Of a DNA stretch of 64,000 nt, positions 13,266-27,865 are shown in pieces (position 1 is the first letter of the stretch; every line of letters starts with the position of its first letter). Under the pieces are notes generated by a model, which had not been told where the DNA came from, made no database searches, and saw only the letters and a list, made by a program, of their open reading frames with translations. The translations under genes and the position numbers were made by a program. Source of the stretch: Chrysomallon squamiferum (taxonomy: Eukaryota > Animalia > Mollusca); NCBI GenBank assembly GCA_012295275.1, contig CM022669.1, forward strand, positions 17,298,001-17,362,000, given 5' to 3'.

Positions 13266-16200
13266 CTTGTTTGTAAGTCAGTCTTTCAGGATCAAAGTTC
13301 AGACTAGTTGGTGCTATAATCAAGATGAAAGAGAATAAATGGCAACCTGTGTCAGCAGAAACTCATTACTACATCTGCAATTAGCTTGTGTCAACATCTA
13401 GTAAACAGTTATAACCTAGACGCATTTCCCTGTAATCAGTCTAATAATAATAATTTATAAAATTATCATTCTTCTTTTCTCTGTTTTTTCTAAGAGGGGA
13501 GGGGCAAGGGTTGTTGTTCTTGTATTGTTTTGTGGGAGGGCTTGTTTTGTTTTGCTTGTTTTGTTTTCTTTTGTTATTTCATTTTACTTTTCAAAACAAT
13601 TAAATAAAAAATATTTTAGATGTATGCTTATTAAGAATTTCCATTCAAAAAAAAAGATTCAAAATTAAAAACTTAAAAAAAAAAAAAAAAAATGAAAAAA
13701 AAAAAAGGATAAAAAAAAAGTAAATAAATAAATTTCATAATTATAATTTCTTGAAATACATTTTTAATTTTCTTCTTTCTCTCTTCCATTAGCTGTATCA
13801 ACATTTCAGTGTGATATTCTTTAGCCTTTAAGCCACAATTTTCTAGTCATAATCGTAAAAGGAAAGTTAGCACTATCACTGTCCCATATCCAAGGAAAAT
13901 AATTTTAGTGACATAAATTATCACTGTAGCCTAAAGGCAAAGAGTGATCTCATTAGGATTTCTGTCAGGTGCAAGTGTAAGTTAAGAGTATGTTCAGTTA
14001 AAAACTATAAATCAGCGATGTCGACATTCAGTTCATACTCTGTTTCCAGCAGTTAGATGTTAAGGCAGTAACAGTCACTCTCTGTATACTGAATTAAATC
14101 CAATACCAGGAACAGTAATTTGTTAACCACTGCCAGACCATTTGCCACATCTTCTCATTCATAATTACAGTTAAATCACTGGTGACTCAAACGTGAGACA
14201 GAAGACAAAAGAAAAAGAGAGAAAAAAAAAAGAAGAGTGAAGTGAATGATATTTCTGAACACTTAAGAGAATCTGTTAACTTACTGCACTGACAGTGCAT
14301 CCTTATGTTAAAAAAACCAGTTTCTAAATTTACATATTCCCAGACAACTGGGTTGTTTTGTTTAACAGTAAACTATGAGGATGTATTCATGCTATTTGTT
14401 CCTGTTTTGTTGTGATAATTTCAGTGTAGGAAAAAATTGAAATGTTCCAAGTAGACTGAGGATAGAATGGCTTTACAACTATTTACTCAGTCTATTAGGG
14501 ATTTTCTATATTTACATTCAAAATATTATGATACAGTATAATGTGCCATATCCTGTTAGATATTTATAAAATACTGATGAAATTTTTCTTACAATAATAT
14601 AACATAAATAAGGACACTATTCGTGTATAATTTTTTTCTTTTCATCTCACTTTTTTTTATTTCTATCTTTTTATTATTATTCTTCTTTTTTCTTAAATTA
14701 TTAATTGAACGTACAAATAACATTTATTAATACTGTTAATTTTTCCATATGGAAGACTGGTGATAGTTACTTCATGATTTTTATCAGATATCAGTAAGTT
14801 ATTTCAAAACCATATTAGAATGACAATATGAAATATGTCAGGCACCAAACAAAACCATACTGACTGTGATATACAGAACTACACTGGGATGGAGAGAGAT
14901 ATTTTCTAAGCATTAACAGTTTCCTGAAAGTAAGAGAGCCTTCCAAAAGAGACAAAAAAAAAAAAAAAGCGCTGAAAAAAATAAGAACTAAATAATAATT
15001 TTGAAAAAATGCATGACCTGTGACTGAATCATGTCTTCACCCATGACAGTCTTTATTGATTTGCCATCAACACTGTTTTGTGTGACAATCGCAGGGTCTC
15101 AGTGTGTCTGGGAATCTCAAAGATGTTATTCATCAATAACTGAACACAAACATGGCTCTGATCACTTGAACACAATCAACAAATCATTATTAATTAAACG
15201 AGAAACTTAGCAGCCACTGACCAGGTAAAATGACAGCAATTCTGTTGTTCATCACCTCAGTTGTATGATATGATATTGTTTGTTATTTGTTGTCAAAATA
15301 ATGGTATAATGCTTGAATATGTAAATTTTAACAAAATACATCTGCAGGATTTGCTTTCTTTTTATTCTACATTTATAAAAAAAAAAAAAAAAAAAAAGAT
15401 TTATTATTGGGTTTTCTAAACAAAAAACAAAGGAGGCCAGAAAAAGAGTTACTGTATAAAAAATTAATGTGTTGCATGGGTCATGCTACTGGTTACAGAA
15501 AAACAACTGTATTGGTAATACCATTTTTTGTATTTACTATAAAGGTTTTAGAATTCAACTTTAATGGATATCTGTCACTGCTACAGCGATTCTTTATAAA
15601 CACTTTCATCAACAATACAAATGGGAAATGGACTCTAATTCAGTGATACAGCACTGGACAAGAGGCATGATAGATCACAGGATAAATTTTCTTTGGTGCT
15701 CCCTTTGGCCCATAATATGGCCCTGTTAAAGGTCGACAAATGATTTATCCAGTACAGTATTTTCTTGTTTATCAGAAGGTGCGTATAAAAAGAACAAAAT
15801 ACTGCTCAGTAGGAAAAAAAAAAGGAAAAAAAGATGAAGAATGTGTTAACTATATCGTTAAACAGACACTTTGGATTATTCTTGTTTTTTTCCCCAACCA
15901 AGAATTTTAAAAAGAAAAAGAAAACAGATATCTGAAATGTCTTCAGTATTCCCAGATTGTCCTGAATTCAACAATTAACAATCGAATGTCTTTCGCTTTG
16001 AATCTGATACCATGATTTAGTGAATTCCAGCTTACTTCCTCAGCCTTGAGTATCAAATCTGTAACTGCAAGAGCCTTAGTGGCTGACCCTCAAGATCAGT
16101 GTGTTTAATAAAGGAAGAAAGTCTGTTGTCACAGATGTGTCTGTGGATCTCTTCTTTCCAGTCAAGCATCATTTTGCAGTACTACAAGACATTCTTATGA

Positions 16201-17992
16201 AATAGAGAGGAGTTCTTTCTAATGTAAGAAATAAATTTAATCTGTAGAGAGAGAAGGGGAGGATATGATAATTAGGGTTAAACAGGGAAGAAATAAGAAA
16301 GTGAAAAAATGTATAATGAGAGAAATAAGAAATTATTTTACATTGGGATAAGAAAATTATTAATTAATTATTGTCTGAAACATTCAGCAATGTAATTTTT
16401 TGTTATTTATACTGTTAAAAGCTCTTTATTACACAAATGATGACCAAATAATTGAGTCAATTTCTAACAAAAAAAAATAACAAACTGAATAATACCTTTC
16501 AGTTAAAAGATTATTTTTATATATAGTATTCTTTTTCCTTCTTCTTTTTTAAAAAAAGAAGAAAAAGAAAACTAAAAAAAACAAAAAAAACATTTTTCAA
16601 TAAAATTTTAAATATTAAAGATAAATAACAAAGCAAATAAAAGCACAAGATGAAAATACCTGAAGAAAAATCTATAACTCTATTTTACATTGTACACTTC
16701 ATTTTTAGAAAGCTTCAACACAACAGATTACGTGCATGTCAACTACAGTGTTTCAATCAGATTACTACACAACACCCTTCACTTCATAAACAAAATTGTA
16801 AATTTCACATCAACACAATAAATACAATAATATTTTTCCACTTTCAAAATTAACAATTTATTGGACATTCATGACACTGCATGCACAAACAGTGGATTAT
16901 TTTCACATGACCTGTAACTATCGGATAATCGTGTTGGCAGTTACAGCCAACCAGTTATGGGATGCGCTGAGGAAAACAAAGAAGCAGTAATTAGTGAGAT
17001 AATTGTCTCCCTTGATCATGCCAGATTGTCAGTAGGAAACCCTGGTGCCAAATATTGATATGCAATTCCAGCCAAATCTTGAATCAATAATGAAATCTCT
17101 GATAATTTCTTCAGTAAGGATAAATCTAGGGACTGATCTACCCAAGGAGACAAAAAAAAAAAAAAAAAAAAGGTATAACATAAACCATGTTAGCAGTGAA
17201 GAAACTGTCTGAGATCAATAAAGATATTTCACAAGTGGCCTATCATCATCTTTGCTGCCATAGCTACCTGTTTCTGCCAATCATTTGCTTTGTGATGATG
17301 CTCTATGGTGACAACAATTGTTGTCGCAGTGGTGGCGAGGAAGCATTAAATAATCCTGCTGAAATCATTTCATGGCTAAATGAACATATATCCTCATCGA
17401 GACTTGGCGAAAACTCATTGTGGCAACTTTTATCGCAGCACTTCACAGGGGACGACCCAATAACAATTTTGTCCGCAAATGACATTGTCTTACAGTTGGA
17501 AATTGCATCTAATCTGTCTCTGATTCAATCTGATTACAAAAATCGGGCTAGTGGCTGTGAGTCTGAGAACACAGTAGGGGAATCAGACAGAGAATTAGAG
17601 ATGATACATGGGGAAAAAGGCCCACACACTTTGTATGTGACGATATGAGATAATCAGAAAACATAGCCTTAATTTTGTTATCATCTGCAAACAGACACAA
17701 AAAGACAAACCCACTTACAAGGCAAATTAGATTACGATAGTTTTCACGATGCAGTATTCAAGGCTTTATAAAATAGCTTTGCACTTTTTTTCGCTTTAAT
17801 TCAGTTAATACTATTGAAGGTTTTCCATGGGTTATTTTTTTTTAATCCTATGACAAATATGTTTTCATAAAATCATTATTTAGATTATATATTTATGTGT
17901 GCGCATGTTTTTTGAGGGGACAATGTTAAGTTGTTAGTGTGTTTCAAATAATGTTGTTTTAGTCTTTTCAACAACAACAAAAATAAATAAAT

Positions 17993-18029
<37 letters not shown>

Positions 18030-19587
18030 AAAAGAAAATAAGAAAGATATATGCCTCAGTAACCTATCAACTAAAACCTTCACACAACAACAAAAATAAT
18101 ATTGTTAATTTTCGAACAAAAAGCGATCTCATCTGATGAAGTTATTTTTGGTGAAAGGCAGTGAAATGAGGAATGGTCTCTTTTCAGTATCAATTACCTC
18201 CACCCGGGAGGTGGCTCATTCAAGAAATTTGTATTGATTCCTCAGAAACAATTTCCTCACAAAAGAAACGGACATTGTCTTTTTTCTTATTTCCCAGGCT
18301 CAGTGTGGTAGAGGATTCCATCAAATTCCTCAGCGTTATTTGCATCCGAATAAGCCACGAGTGACAGCTACTCAAACCCTGGGAGATTTACACTGATAAA
18401 ATGATCGTGATACAAGACTGTTGATCGGTACCATAAAACTGGTTAATATGTGGTTATCTTTTATATGATCACCGGATATGAAGGGTCATGTATGGCTATT
18501 CGTTTTCTCTTCACTTGTCATCACCTAGCTGAAATACACCAGCAGCAATGAAATGAAAATAGCTAAGAGCCAAAGCGAGGGATAAAAAAAAAAAAAAAAA
18601 TATGGTCAAAAGAGAAAGAAATAATAATAATAAAATGGTGGGGGAAATGAGAAAAAAAAAAAAAAAAAAATTAAATATTTTGCAGAAAATTAAAAAAGAA
18701 AGAAAATATTTTTATTTTTAAAAAGTAAGAAAGAATGAAAGAAACATTTATAAAAAATTGATAACTTAATTAATATTTCCTTCTAACTTTGGCATGACTC
18801 TAATTTTTAAATGTTTTTTTTTCTTTTCTTTTTTTTTGTTCTTTCTTATTATGGGTTTTTTGGTCAATGGTTGTGACTTATTGAAGTTCATAATGTGATA
18901 TCTTCAATACTTGCATTAATGGCATGAAAATCAATATAGACATCGTAAAAGTTCAACAAGAACACAGCTGCCCTATCTTTTTCCTTACTTTTTTCCTTTT
19001 CACTATCACTGTCTTTCTTTTCCTTTGATCTTTTTTCAGTCTGTTTTTAATCAGTAGTCATCTATACATTAATTAACTTAGTTAATTGATTTTTTCTACC
19101 CTATTCATTTTAAACGGAAAATGTTGAAAACCAAGATGACCTAACCCCAATTTTTTTTTTAAATTAGTATTTATCATTAAAGGATAAACTTAGATAAAAG
19201 ACATCAATGTCAGACTGGTTTAAACCATGTTAATTATAATCAACACTGATCCAGTGTGCAGTGGACATTAACCCCTTAAACCTCAAAATCGGTTATAATT
19301 TGTAACAATATTAACAACTGTTAACATTATCCTTAACAGTGCAAAATGCCACAATGTGAAAACAGAAAAATCTTCTTTTTTTTTTTTAAAGTGATTTAAA
19401 TTCTCCTTTGCCAGTCCTTTTCATTTTGCATAAATTTTTATGTCTACATATATAAAAAAATTTAAGTAAAAAAAACATGTAAACATAATTTAATTAAAAA
19501 CATTAAAACTGATATTCTTTGAAAAGAAAATTAATGTTGCCACTGACTGAATTTTTATGTTGGTTTTCACAGAATTTTTAAACTGTA

Positions 19588-19621
<34 letters not shown>

Positions 19622-22600
19622 TCACACACACATCGAAATATTACACTAACTGACATCATTTGAAACTCACTGCTAGTCATGCAGACTAAAATAATTGTTC
19701 CATATATGATAGTTTCTGAATTATTAACAGAGGCCAGAGGCATTACTGGTCATGGAATCAATCATCCTTGTTGCTTCTATTATGTTATTTCCTATCCAAG
19801 CCAGATCTCAACAACTTGTTTATCAAAGTCTAGATATAGTTTCAAGTCTATTGTAAGGTACACACATATAAAATTATTGTTAAATGATCAACTAATGTCA
19901 GTCGATACACAGCCCATTTCAGTGGCAACATTTTCACCTACGTTAGTTCTCATACAGAATCTACAGACTCAACACTTAATAGCTGTTTCTATTAAAACAT
20001 ATAAAGCTATTTTATTTATGCATTCAAATTGTGTAATAAAATCATTGCCGTAGGTATAGTCAATCGCTTGTCAAATCCAAAGTATTATCCAAATCAGAAT
20101 TAAAGATCATTGTCAAAAGCACAAAACCATCTCAGACAATGGACAAAGCCAAAGTATCTTATGCTTCTATTTCAACCACACAAGAAAGGTCAGAATTGTT
20201 ATGTGTTGGTATCTTTCATTGGGAAAGTTCTGATTTAAAATGTCAAGCTTCTTATGGACAATACAACCTTTATACAAAAGATGTACTTATCTAAAGAGAA
20301 AGAGACATTTGCGCTGAAGAGGTTAGGTGGACTTCAGCACAGAGTGATGTCGATGTTATGATCTTAGAAAGCAAAATAATCAATTCATATAACTAACAAA
20401 AACTCTCAGGTGCAATTGTATAAAGGCTGAAAAATGTTCTGAAATGCTTACCTAATTCCACAGATTTTTATCTAATGAAATTTTCTTGATTTTTAGGTTA
20501 AAAAAGAAAGAAGTTATTGTCAGTTAAGAATCTACCAACATTGTTTTTGATGCTATGTATAAAACAAATTAAAAAATATCTGCATATATATATATAAATA
20601 GGTAAACAGCTAGATAGGTAGATAGATAGATAGTTAGACCGATAGATATCTTCATGCATTATCAAAATAGTTCTTGAGTTAAAAATATATTACAAACATA
20701 ACATTCTTTTTATGTTTTACGTTTTGTTATTTAACTGTCCATTACCATACACACACAATTCACTTCTAGTTTACCTGTCATGAAAATAACTTATTTTAAA
20801 ACTACATTATTTAATTCAAGACTAAAATCAATCAATACGCTGCAGAAGAAAACAATATGTTTTGCCGAGGTATTGGTCTTTAAATACTGACTGTATCAGA
20901 CTTTGAAACTAACAGTGCTAAACAATGAATTATCTGTATGTACAGTAAAATAACAAGTTATTTACATTTTCAAAGAAAGCCTTAAGAGTTCATTTCTAAG
21001 TGCTGTTTCTCCTAATTCTACAATGCAAATAGGTGAACAATTCTATTGACAAGTTCTTTTATTAAAAAAACATAATACAAAAATAGCCAACAATAGCTGA
21101 TGACGTATGCTAAATTTCAGATCTGTCAGTCCAACTAAATTAGCTCAGTGCTGAAGAATGTTCAATTACAATGTGTCAGTGACATAATGGAGAATGTGTA
21201 TTTTTCTCTCATGTTCATTTTCTTTTTAACTTTTTTAAATTCTTTATTTATTTTGTCAACATTTTCCTTTCCTTTCTCCCCCTCCCCATTGTTGATGTTG
21301 CTATTTTCATAGTCAGGATGCCATTTTAAGACATCGCTTTCATTTTTGTTTTTGCTTCTTTTCTTTCTTTTTTTCTCCCTAATGTTAGTGTTTCAGAATG
21401 ATTTTCTGTTTCCATTAACATCAAAATCAAAATGTTACAAATATTAGTAATGTACTTAGTTTATTTTTAAATAGTTAAATTAATAATGAAAAAAATTAAA
21501 AATATCAAAGAATACATTTTCATCTTTACATTTATATAATAATCAAATTTATAAGTATCTGTATTTTTTACAGAATCATTATGTGTAGAAGACAAAACAG
21601 AGAGTATATTCTTTTTCTTAGCTATACTTTTATTTTTCATAAATTTATTTATTTTTTACTTATTTAATTATTTTAAATTTTTTTTTTTTTTTTCTATTTT
21701 TTTAAATGTTTTCACTCAAAAGATATATTCTTAAGCACAATTTGATTTCATAATGTTAGTTATTTTCTTACTAGCAAGTGTTTTCTTTTCCAAACCCATG
21801 TTTTAAGCATTAAATGTATGAAATAATCTGTATCAAAAGATGTATTATTTAATTATTATTATTTTAAAAGTATAGTTTAACAATGTGTACTTAAAAAGAA
21901 CATTTTCTAACACTTTAAGAAATAAACACCACCATCAAAATAGACACTCAACAATAAAAAAAATAAAACTGAAATAAACAAATTCAAAGAAATTTTCTGC
22001 AATGACAACATCCATCAATTTATTTTCCATCTTTTTTTTCTTCTATTTTTTTTATTTTTTCTGTTTTATTCAAAAGAAAGTAGTATTTGAAATGGAGTAA
22101 ATTGATACATCTGATGTGTATTTATTCTATCACTTTATCATTCATAAAACATTTCTCCACAATATAAAAAAACAAAAACATCACTAGAGGGTTGTCAAAC
22201 ATCTCCACTCTATTTGATTAGTTTCAGCAGACACAAGGAAACAAAATATAAAAAAGAATGATATACAATCCTGCATTCAATTTAATGAAAACAAAAACAA
22301 TAATAAAAAATAACTGGATATTGGAAACGGAATTTATTTAATTTGTAGAAAAACATGAATGTGAGTAGAGACAGATTAATCATTTTACAGTTTCTTATAT
22401 CACAAGAAAGAAGAAAAAAAAAAAAAAAGAGTAGAAAATCTCATATTTCAATCACAGGATCATATTTAGGTGTTTAAATAATAAAGAAAATATTAATAAA
22501 TTAAATTCATTCATTCTTTAATAAAGGAAACCAACAACAACCCAAAAAAAACCAACTATATTCTATAAATTTCCAATAAACAAATTGAATCTTAAAAAGT

Positions 22601-25544
22601 TATTTTCAGTGTCCTCAATTTTGGATGGTATAAATAGAAAGCAAACAGAAACACATAAAATATAAAAAAAAGAAGACAAATATTGAACGAGATCTCCTTG
22701 GTGAAACTGAGAAAATAAGGAAATAAAAAGAAGATATTCGGAAACAGATCAAATATCCAAGCACTTCAGTCTGTATGACCCGCAACCAAAACCGCATTAA
22801 GTAAATATGCAATTTGCACAAATATGATTTGCTGTTTGTTGGCTGTTTCAACTAGACCACCTATCAGCAGAGCCCAGGCTAATTCAGTCGGGCGGTAACA
22901 ACATTTCATGGCAATTTTCACTTTATAAGATAGAGAACACCTCTGGGGCAGGCATTTCAAGTCCTTTACAAAAACATAATAACAAGGTCCATGCTGACTT
23001 AAACAAATTTGTCCTGACTGGTCATCATACTGGGTGAAAGCAAAAGAGAAACCTGAAGACATACTGACAAGTCTGGCAACGCAAACTGACAGAAGGCCAA
23101 TTCATTACTCAACTCAGCTAAATCAATTACCTAGTACTCCTTTGGTGTAAAGACCACACAGCCTATTCACTAAAATATAAGCCAAACTATAATTTGATAG
23201 AAATGGACAAAGAGAATAAGATGTAAAAAGAAGTCTACGAGTGTCTGGAGATATGAAAATATGAAAATGTATTTGAAAAGTAATAGATGAATTCACAACA
23301 CATCACTTTTAACACAAGTTCTTGCAGACATGGTTATTTCATTCTACCAATTCCCTTTTCATCCTTCTTCAACAAATTCTCAGTGTTATTGTTGAAAAAG
23401 AAAATATGATATATCATAAAGTAAATTTGTTTTATATGTGGTTTGTGTTCCCAACCAAGTAATTTTATCAACTGTTAAGAATTTACATCTTTATCTGTAT
23501 TTTGATGTGAAGCATTATTTCTCTATTTATGCCCAAATACATGTTACAAATTTTATTGAATGTTTTTCTTATTCATATTGCTGTTCACCATTTATGATCT
23601 ATTTCCAACAATTCAGCTGAGACTGTTCTAATGGTTAAGGATTCAGTGACTGATGAATGTATGTATAATTTTACCAATTATTTACTGTCATTCATACAAT
23701 TTATTAAGTATCTTTTTTACCAATTCTAAACATTTTGATCGCAATTTACTGAATTTATTTTAATGAAATATGACTATGAGATCAGATTTCATCAATACAA
23801 AAAAAAAAGAAAAAGGAAATGTGTGTGTGTGTGTGTGTGTTTTCTCAAAACATTCTGACAAAAAAATCTTAAAAGACAATGAATAAGATACTGGTTTGGA
23901 TTGTGACTGGGTTTGTGATGTTGGCAATGGCTACCATGTTGGCACCAGCCATATTAGTGGAGTTCACCTGGTCACTGGTCACTATAACCTTGACCACAGC
24001 ATCTTTGAGCTTGCACAATTTATGCTAATTTAATAACATAGAATGTTTGGTTAGATGACATCATATTATATCATATGAACAGAATAATGTTGGAGCAGTG
24101 CACATCTTAATCTATTTTCAACAAAAGATGTAATCATTTCTTTGGACAGAAAAGTGTAATTAAGAACAATAAGTAAAAACATTAGCCTATTTTAATTTTA
24201 TCATTGGAATAAGAATTAACTGAAAAGAATGTAAATAGTATATTCTAAAAATACTGGAAATCTGTACAAATGCTTAGTCAGCTCTATGTTGATATTAAAG
24301 AGCTGGAAATGGAGAGAATTTATTCATCCTCACTCCCAGTAGAAAAACCAAGGATGTTGTCTAATAACCTAAAATTGATTGCGATTTTTAGTATTCTAAA
24401 CCCTGAGTTTGAAGGTATGAAGGCCAAAGTAAGGCTCCACAGATTTAAAGTGTGCATGGAACACAGCTTTTAAACTTTTGTTTTTAAAAAACACGTAAAA
24501 TAAGCTCAGTTGTTCTCTGGTCAGAACATTTTATCCAGTAACTCTTTCATTATAAGTATTATATATAACAAACTTGAAACTAAATTTCAGTTAGCAATCA
24601 GATAATTAAATTCGTATTAGTGACAAAGGCAATTCATATCAAGTCTAAGAAATAATTATTGATTACAAGGCATTACAATAATGCCATTCTGAGTATGACA
24701 AATAACAGAGAGAAAAATGTCTAGGTAGGATGACAGTAGAAACATCAATACGGCTTATGCTCCCTTGACTTATTAACAAATACATATCAGTCTGATATAA
24801 TAGTAAATATTTTCTTATTATTTTCGATAGATCAAGCTTTCTCAAACAATTATTTTATCAAATATAATTATAAATGTAAGAAGACTGTCATCAGAAAATT
24901 TGAAAAAGAACAAGTTAGTTTTTCTTTCTTCTCTAATTATAATAATAATTTTAAATAATATATTGTTACAAAAACTAAAATTTCCTTTTTACGTGTGACA
25001 TATTTTTTCCTTTGCAGAATACATTTGAATTAATATATAGGACTCACCAAATAATGTAGGGATTATTATTTTTTTGTGGGAATGTTTTCAGATTCTAAAT
25101 AATATGTATTTCTTTCAGTTATTTTTATTTTTTTAGCTTTCACAAATTACACTACTCCTCACAGAAACAGTGGTCAAACATTAACAATAATGATGTACTG
25201 GAGAAAACAGAAATAATAAAAAATAAAGTACAGCATATTTGATGAATACAAAGAAACAGTAACCTTAAACCAAGATGATTGTGTATTAATGTAAGATAAA
25301 TTCAAAGATAAGAAAAATAATAATAAAATGTCTCCCCAGATAATACAAATTTTACAATACATGGAAACAGTTGCCAAATATTAATGACAACACTGACATA
25401 AAATAATGATTGCTTTAAGGAAAGGGGTGAAGAATTATCTAAGGAAAAAAAAGAATAGAAGTTGTCAAATCAACCATCTCTTATATCATTAAAGGAAACT
25501 ATATACCCAGTTTGTGAATAATATTCCTTTATAAAAAAAACTCA

Positions 25545-25587
<43 letters not shown>

Positions 25588-25692
25588 ACACAAACACCAA
25601 TATTAATAATCATGACAGATGATGATGATAGTAATGCTTATGGAAATGAGGAGGATTCTTCTTCTTTGTTTTGTTTTTTCTAGAGTTTTATT

Positions 25693-25694
<2 letters not shown>

Positions 25695-25741
<47 letters not shown>

Positions 25742-25749
25742 GTAATAAT
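25695..25749. repeat. (TAA)n microsatellite abutting the donor of PTB exon 3
   Basis: Directly visible; produces the poly-Y tail of ORF 25688..25915. Confidence 0.95.
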
Positions 25750-25756
25750 CTCCTAC

Positions 25757-25921
25757 CTCATCAGATTCAAAGACATGACATAAAATTTTGGCCTGACGTC
25801 GTCTACGTAGAGTCTGATCATCCGGGCTGGTGATGAGTCGTCTTCGTGCCATGATCACCAAAATGTCTCCAATGTCTGCGATGTACGAGATGGTCCTTAA
25901 TGAGTGGTCCATCATAATTTC
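25757..25921 (-). CDS. APBA: APBA PTB domain exon 3 ([55 protein letters not shown])
   Basis: Acceptor aaaacag, donor GAG|GTAGGA. 165 nt, phase 0-0. Carries the X11 signatures [11 protein letters not shown] and CHVFES. Confidence 0.96.
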
Positions 25922-26976
25922 CTGTTTTAAAACAAAAAACAGTACATAAGTAAATTCAAACCCCCAAAAATGCTTATTACTATTTTTGTATTTTTACGAT
26001 TTTTAACTTTTTTTAACCTTTTAACTTTTTTTTAACCTTTTAACTTTTTTATTTATTATTACAATATAATATTATAATATATATTGGTGTTATTGTTTCC
26101 CTTTTATTTTATTTTGTTTTTTTCTGTGTTTTTTAATTTTGAAAAAAAAAAAAAAAAAAACTGCAAAAAGACAGCTGCCACCAACACGATGAGCTACATA
26201 AACAGGATATAAAATAATAAAAAATAATTTTCAAAATCAGAGGAGAGGAGATGAGATAAGCAAATAAATAATTTTACTGACATCTTTGTTTAGACCAATC
26301 ATTCTAAAAGAAGAAGGCTGAGTTGACTTCATTTCAAAGAAATATTTTATTCTTTATCTTATTAGAGATATTTCATACTTTTACATGTTATATGTTTTTA
26401 TGTGTTATTTTTACATTTCTGTCCAGAATTCATCCATTTTATGAGCCTGATAACAATGACTTTGATAATGAATAGCTTTGATATGGATGAGGGGGACTCG
26501 TATTCTCAGGAAGTTTTTAATTCTTGCTTTGGATTCTTGTATCATTTTTGGAAAGGATAAAAAAATAATAATAATAAAAAAGAATGAAGGTTTGTTAGTT
26601 TGATTTTTAAAGTAAGAAAAATAATAAAATTTAGGTAGAACTTATTTCCTTCACCAACATTTCTTAATTGGAAGATAAAACAATGTGACTTTTCAGGTTT
26701 TCCTTTCAATTACAAATCTGATAAGAAAAGGTAAAGAAAAAGTAAATTAAGCGTATACCAAAATAAATTTTTGTTTAACTTCACAAAATGCTTATAATGT
26801 CACTGAATCATGCAACTCCTAAGAAAAACAATTAAAAAGGAAAAGAAAAAGAAAACTAAATAGGAACTTGTAAGGCAGAACAATTTTAAATTTGGTCTAA
26901 TCAGGTCAATGTGTATTTATCTGATCAACTAATTTAAAAATGATATCACCAACATATTACGTACAAATCCATCATT

Positions 26977-27010
26977 TCTCACACACTCACTCTCTCTCTC
27001 ACTCACTCAC

Positions 27011-27083
<73 letters not shown>

Positions 27084-27116
27084 GTCTCTGTCTCTGTCTC
27101 TCTGTCTCACTCACAC
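26977..27116. repeat. (CT)n / (CACT)n / (CTCTGT)n compound microsatellite
   Basis: Directly visible. Confidence 0.95.
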
Positions 27117-27778
27117 AGACTAAATACACAACCACCTTCTTTAAGGAGGCCAAGATATTTCTAATATGTATTTTGTCCCTTTCTTTGGCTTTCTGGCAGA
27201 AAAGATCCTATCTGCATTTTTTCACCTTTGCCGATGACAAAAACATTTCTAATAAATTTTGTAATAACGAGATCAGATTCTCTGGGGAGTCTTTGGTCAC
27301 AGTAACAATCTAATTTCAGCAGGAGATAGAAACACATGAAAACTGAACATATAAAAATCTAAATATCAAAGATGATGAAAATACATGTCATTAACTCCTA
27401 AGGTGCCACAAGATTACTTTTATAAAAAAATTTAAAAATTCTCTCCTATGAATAAATAAATATTCAGAGCACTGCACAAAATCCATTTCTATTTTTCAAC
27501 ACATTTCATCCCCCCTTTACCCAAAATAACACTTCATTAACACTTTGGATTTCCTCTTCTTTTCTTTTTTTTGTGTTTTTCTTTTCTTTTCTTTTTTTTG
27601 TTCTTGTTTTTCTTTTCTTTTTTTAACCAACACTATTTCATTATCATCAGAGTACAGCCACTCTTTTTTAGGTCAAAAAAATTATCATAGCTCTATCTAA
27701 GACTTGGAATTTCACAATAACATTGCTAAGGCTTGGAATTTAACAAGTCAATTAATTTTTTTTTTTTTTTTTTTTTAC

Positions 27779-27865
27779 CTGTAAGTCTGTGTTTAAAACC
27801 ATGATCTTTTCTGTAGATACAAACAGGTCGACATCAGTGCTGGGCTGGTTTTCACCTTCAGGTGC
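27779..27865 (-). CDS. APBA: APBA PTB domain exon 2 (APEGENQPSTDVDLFVSTEKIMVLNTDLQ)
   Basis: Acceptor tttttcag, donor CAG|GTAAAA. 87 nt, phase 0-0. Resembles the X11 segment APEGESQPMTEVDLFIST. Confidence 0.96.

Noticed and set aside
20446-20778. AG|GT junctions resembling recursive splice sites (about 20450 and 20774; also 28565)
   Set aside because: They lack the long pyrimidine tract plus CAG|GTAAGT consensus; such motifs are expected by chance.
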